A stretch of 64,000 nucleotides of DNA from an uncultured virus (IMG/VR IMGVR_UViG_3300044674_003822) (lineage: Duplodnaviria > Heunggongvirae > Uroviricota > Caudoviricetes): positions 1 to 64,000 of the IMG/VR virus record IMGVR_UViG_3300044674_003822; one strand, 5' to 3'. The notes beneath the pieces are model-generated. The model was not told the DNA's origin. It worked only from the letters and a program-made list of their open reading frames with translations, and ran no database searches. Of this stretch, positions 63,675 through 64,000 are shown in pieces (the first letter of the stretch is position 1; each line of letters opens with the position of its first letter). A program made the translations under genes and the position numbers.

Positions 63675-64000
63675 TATCTAGATTATCGAAATAGAACGGT
63701 TGCTTCAAGAACCAATTTATGTACTTGGGAATGCCGTCTTCTATGTCTATTGTAGGATTAAAATTCATCATGGTTTTTGCCTTGTCGCTGTTCAAAGTAT
63801 CTCTGTTAGGATAGAACGTGTCGTGTGGTTTTGTTATTATTTTTCCTATTCCTAATTTTGATCGTATTATCTCTGCCGCATCAATTATCTTTCTACCATT
63901 ACCTCTGGTACAGTTGAAGGTTTCGTTGACTACTTCGTTGGTTGTTGCTAGGGCAAAGTATTGTGCTACATCTAACACATTTGAAAAATCCAATTTGTTT
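63640..64000 (-). CDS. NAD-dependent epimerase/dehydratase, C-terminal part (5' end outside window)
   Basis: LDFSNVLDVA...ETFNCTRG...KAKTMMNFNPTIDIEDGI, typical extended-SDR C-terminus; frame open to the window edge. Confidence 0.8.
   Translation of the reverse strand, partial: NKLDFSNVLDVAQYFALATTNEVVNETFNCTRGNGRKIIDAAEIIRSKLGIGKIITKPHDTFYPNRDTLNSDKAKTMMNFNPTIDIEDGIPKYINWFLKQPFYFDNLDINPKFQLGTTI

Noticed and set aside
1..64000. Stop-codon reassignment (alternative genetic code)
   Set aside because: Genes are full-length and tightly packed under the standard code, and TAG and TGA serve as real stops (e.g. 8606, 61140).
1..64000. Specific host or taxonomic assignment
   Set aside because: Gene content resembles large aquatic T4-like phages, but nothing in the window identifies the host or genus.

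Overview
The whole window is part of a large T4-superfamily-like (myovirus) phage genome; no cellular housekeeping genes, tRNAs, CRISPR arrays or integrases were seen, and the standard genetic code fits. The minus strand carries a head module (scaffold, gp21 protease, acidic core protein, a sugar-transferase-like gene, gp20 portal) and a tape measure-like gene. Next come a divergent gp26/gp51-like chaperone pair and an accessory island (DUF1415-like gene, aminoacyl-tRNA-protein transferase-like gene, a ~430-nt structured non-coding region, GIY-YIG nuclease, Hc1 histone-like protein), then gp46/gp47/gp55. A long plus-strand baseplate and tail fibre module follows (gp53, gp27-like, gp5, gp25, gp6, a 4296-aa protein, three paralogous fibres, a Hint-containing Gly-rich adhesin). 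The last ~16 kb is a tailoring cluster: 5 radical SAM paralogs, 4 glycosyltransferase-like genes, 2 SGNH-like genes, a carbamoyltransferase, a DegT aminotransferase, an MCD-like gene and an epimerase. Best leads: (1) a promoter-driven large structured ncRNA; (2) a candidate virion glycosylation/decoration system, with a recurrent DGS[T/S] motif in the giant baseplate protein as a possible acceptor site; (3) a canonical -1 frameshift joining the gp26-like and gp51-like genes; (4) apparently leaderless late mRNAs; (5) three kinds of self-cleaving domain in tail proteins. All family assignments come from motif recognition by eye; no database searches were run.
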